This document shows, one piece after another, positions 62,161 through 64,000 of a stretch of DNA of 64,000 bases. Origin of the DNA: Centroscyllium fabricii (Eukaryota); NCBI GenBank assembly GCA_051313645.2, contig JBNRSN020000002.1:390848001-390912000 (forward strand). Reading direction: 5' to 3'. How positions within the stretch are numbered: position 1 is the stretch's first letter; the number at the start of each line of letters is the position of its first letter. Below the pieces are notes generated by a model that was not told where the DNA came from, did not search any database, and worked only from the letters and a program-made list of their open reading frames with translations. Position numbers and translations under genes: made by a program.

Positions 62161-62372
62161 CTTTAATGCCTGCTGGTAGACTATCCCACTGCATTTTAAT
62201 GGGGTCAAGTGGGCATCTCTGATCCCCCACTTAACTTTCCCCAATTTATGCCCCAAATTATTACTTCTATTATATAAGTGGTGTTATCCCTGAGGCAACT
62301 ACTGCATTGAGGAGACCACTACAACTGAAGGTTGGTTTTACTTTGTCTGCATATTTGTTTTAGTTGTTTCTA

Positions 62373-62982
62373 CATAAGAAATAAGAATAGGTCATACGGC
62401 TCCTCGAGCCTGCTCTGCCATTGAATAAGATCATGGCTGAACTTCCACATCAACTCCACTTTCCCGCCATATTCCCAAATCCCTTGATTCACTTAGTGCA
62501 AAAAATCTATCTATCCCAGTTTTGAATATACTCATTGACTGAGCATTCACAACCCTCTGGGATAAAGAATTCCAGAGATTCCCAACCCTCCGAGTGAAGA
62601 AATTTCTCCTCATCTCAGTCCTAAATGGCCAACCCCTTATCCTGATACTATGACCCCTAGTTCTACACACTCCAGCAAGGGGAAACGCCCTCTCAGCAGC
62701 TACCCTGTCAAGCCCTCTAAGAATTTTAAACATTTCAATGAGATTACCTCTCATTCTTCTAAACTCCAGAGAATATAGGCCCATTCTACTTAATCTCTCT
62801 TCATAGTACAGCTCTCTCATCCCAGCAAACAATCTTGTGACCCTTTGTTGCACCGCCTCCAAGGCAAGTATATCCTTCCTTAGGTAATGAGACCAAAACT
62901 GTACACAGTAGTCTAGGTGCGGTTTCACCAAAGCCCTATATAATTGCAGCAAGACTTCCTTACTTACATACTCCAACCACCT
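62373..62982 (-). mobile_element. CR1 3' fragment
   Basis: ORF 62431-62976 (LYRALVKPHLDYCVQFWS). Confidence 0.9.
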
Positions 62983-64000
62983 TGTAAGGTCGCAATATTC
63001 CCTGTTAAATTGGATTCACAAAGACCAGAAACGAAGGATGGAGTATACACATTTTATTTTATTTGGACAATGACAGACAAGACAGGCTGCGGCCTGATCA
63101 GAGAAAAGGGGCCTCCAAGATGGCCGCCGGACCACATGGCATAGTGCAAAACCGAAACTAAACTCAACTCGAAAAGCCCGCGAAGAAACCAGACATAAAG
63201 GCGCTGTTAAACCTGGAAATAAATAGCCTGCCTTTTAGAAGCCGATTAGCCCGACAAAGAAATGCACCCAGTTTAAATAAACACCCAAAACAACTGCAGA
63301 AACGAAGCAGCTGGCTCGTTTAACCAGCTACAGAAATTGTATACCCTTCCAGCAGAAAGCGATTAGCGCCCTTGAAAACAATGGGACTCTAACCGGAGAA
63401 GTTAGAGCCACCATCAAAACTATTACCGGCAGGCTTGGCTGGACAAAAGGGGTGCAATAACCGCTTTCCACACACAATACAGGCTCTAATGGGAAAGACA
63501 TTAGGCAGTTCGACTTTGGGGTATAACTGGCAGCACATTTCTAGAATTCGCTCTCTTGTAATAGAATCTCTTGGAAAGCGGTTGGGAACTCTTCTCTTCT
63601 CTTATGACTTAGGACTCGTGGAGGCGACCTCTTGAAGCGGTGAGGTCTCTCTGGGCTCTTGGAATCGACTCGTGGAGGCGACCTCTTGAAGCGGTGAGGT
63701 CTAGCAGTGACTTTGGGTGGGCTGTCTTTCTCGAAGACTCCAGTTCAGCTTTCTGGGTGCAGGGCAAGCAGGGTGAAGGCTCTGGCAGGACAGCAGAGTT
63801 GGGTCAGGGCAGTATCGCATCGGAAAACCATTGCCGGTGAGGTAGTTAGTTGCTGAGGCCCATTAGCGGAGCAAAAGTGAGTGAGTTAGAACAAGACTGG
63901 TTGCCGTTGGCTCGAGAGAAACCATCATTCGAAGAGTGGGAGAACAATTAGGCTAGCAGCCCATTACAGTTCGGCTTGAGAGGGCAGGATCGGCATACCC
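62983..64000. mobile_element. Possible long LTR interrupting the CR1 and running off the window
   Basis: Abrupt start TGTAAGG and a direct repeat gactcgtggaggcgacctcttgaagcggtgaggtct at 63613 and 63668. No second boundary is visible. Confidence 0.35.

Overview
Repeat-dense vertebrate genomic DNA. The mix of HE1-like V-SINEs, CR1, L2, RTE and Rex1 LINEs and Harbinger MITEs suggests a cartilaginous fish (inference). I found no host protein-coding exon I can support, so this looks like intergenic or large-intron DNA made mostly of nested mobile elements. It holds four Ty3/Gypsy LTR retrotransposons: PBS-Trp, PBS-Leu, PBS-Ser and one with no tRNA PBS. It also holds five solo LTRs with target-site duplications (TSDs), many LINE fragments, a decayed Harbinger transposase, Harbinger/pogo/hAT-type MITEs and three V-SINEs. 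The most notable items are: (i) a young Gypsy whose PBS position holds a perfect 14-nt complement of its own LTR poly(A)-signal region; (ii) a 652-bp near-perfect palindrome with Penelope-type minimal hammerhead ribozyme motifs, inserted in a Gypsy LTR; (iii) a 5S-rRNA-derived SINE with a Rex1-like tail. All family calls were made by eye, without database searches.
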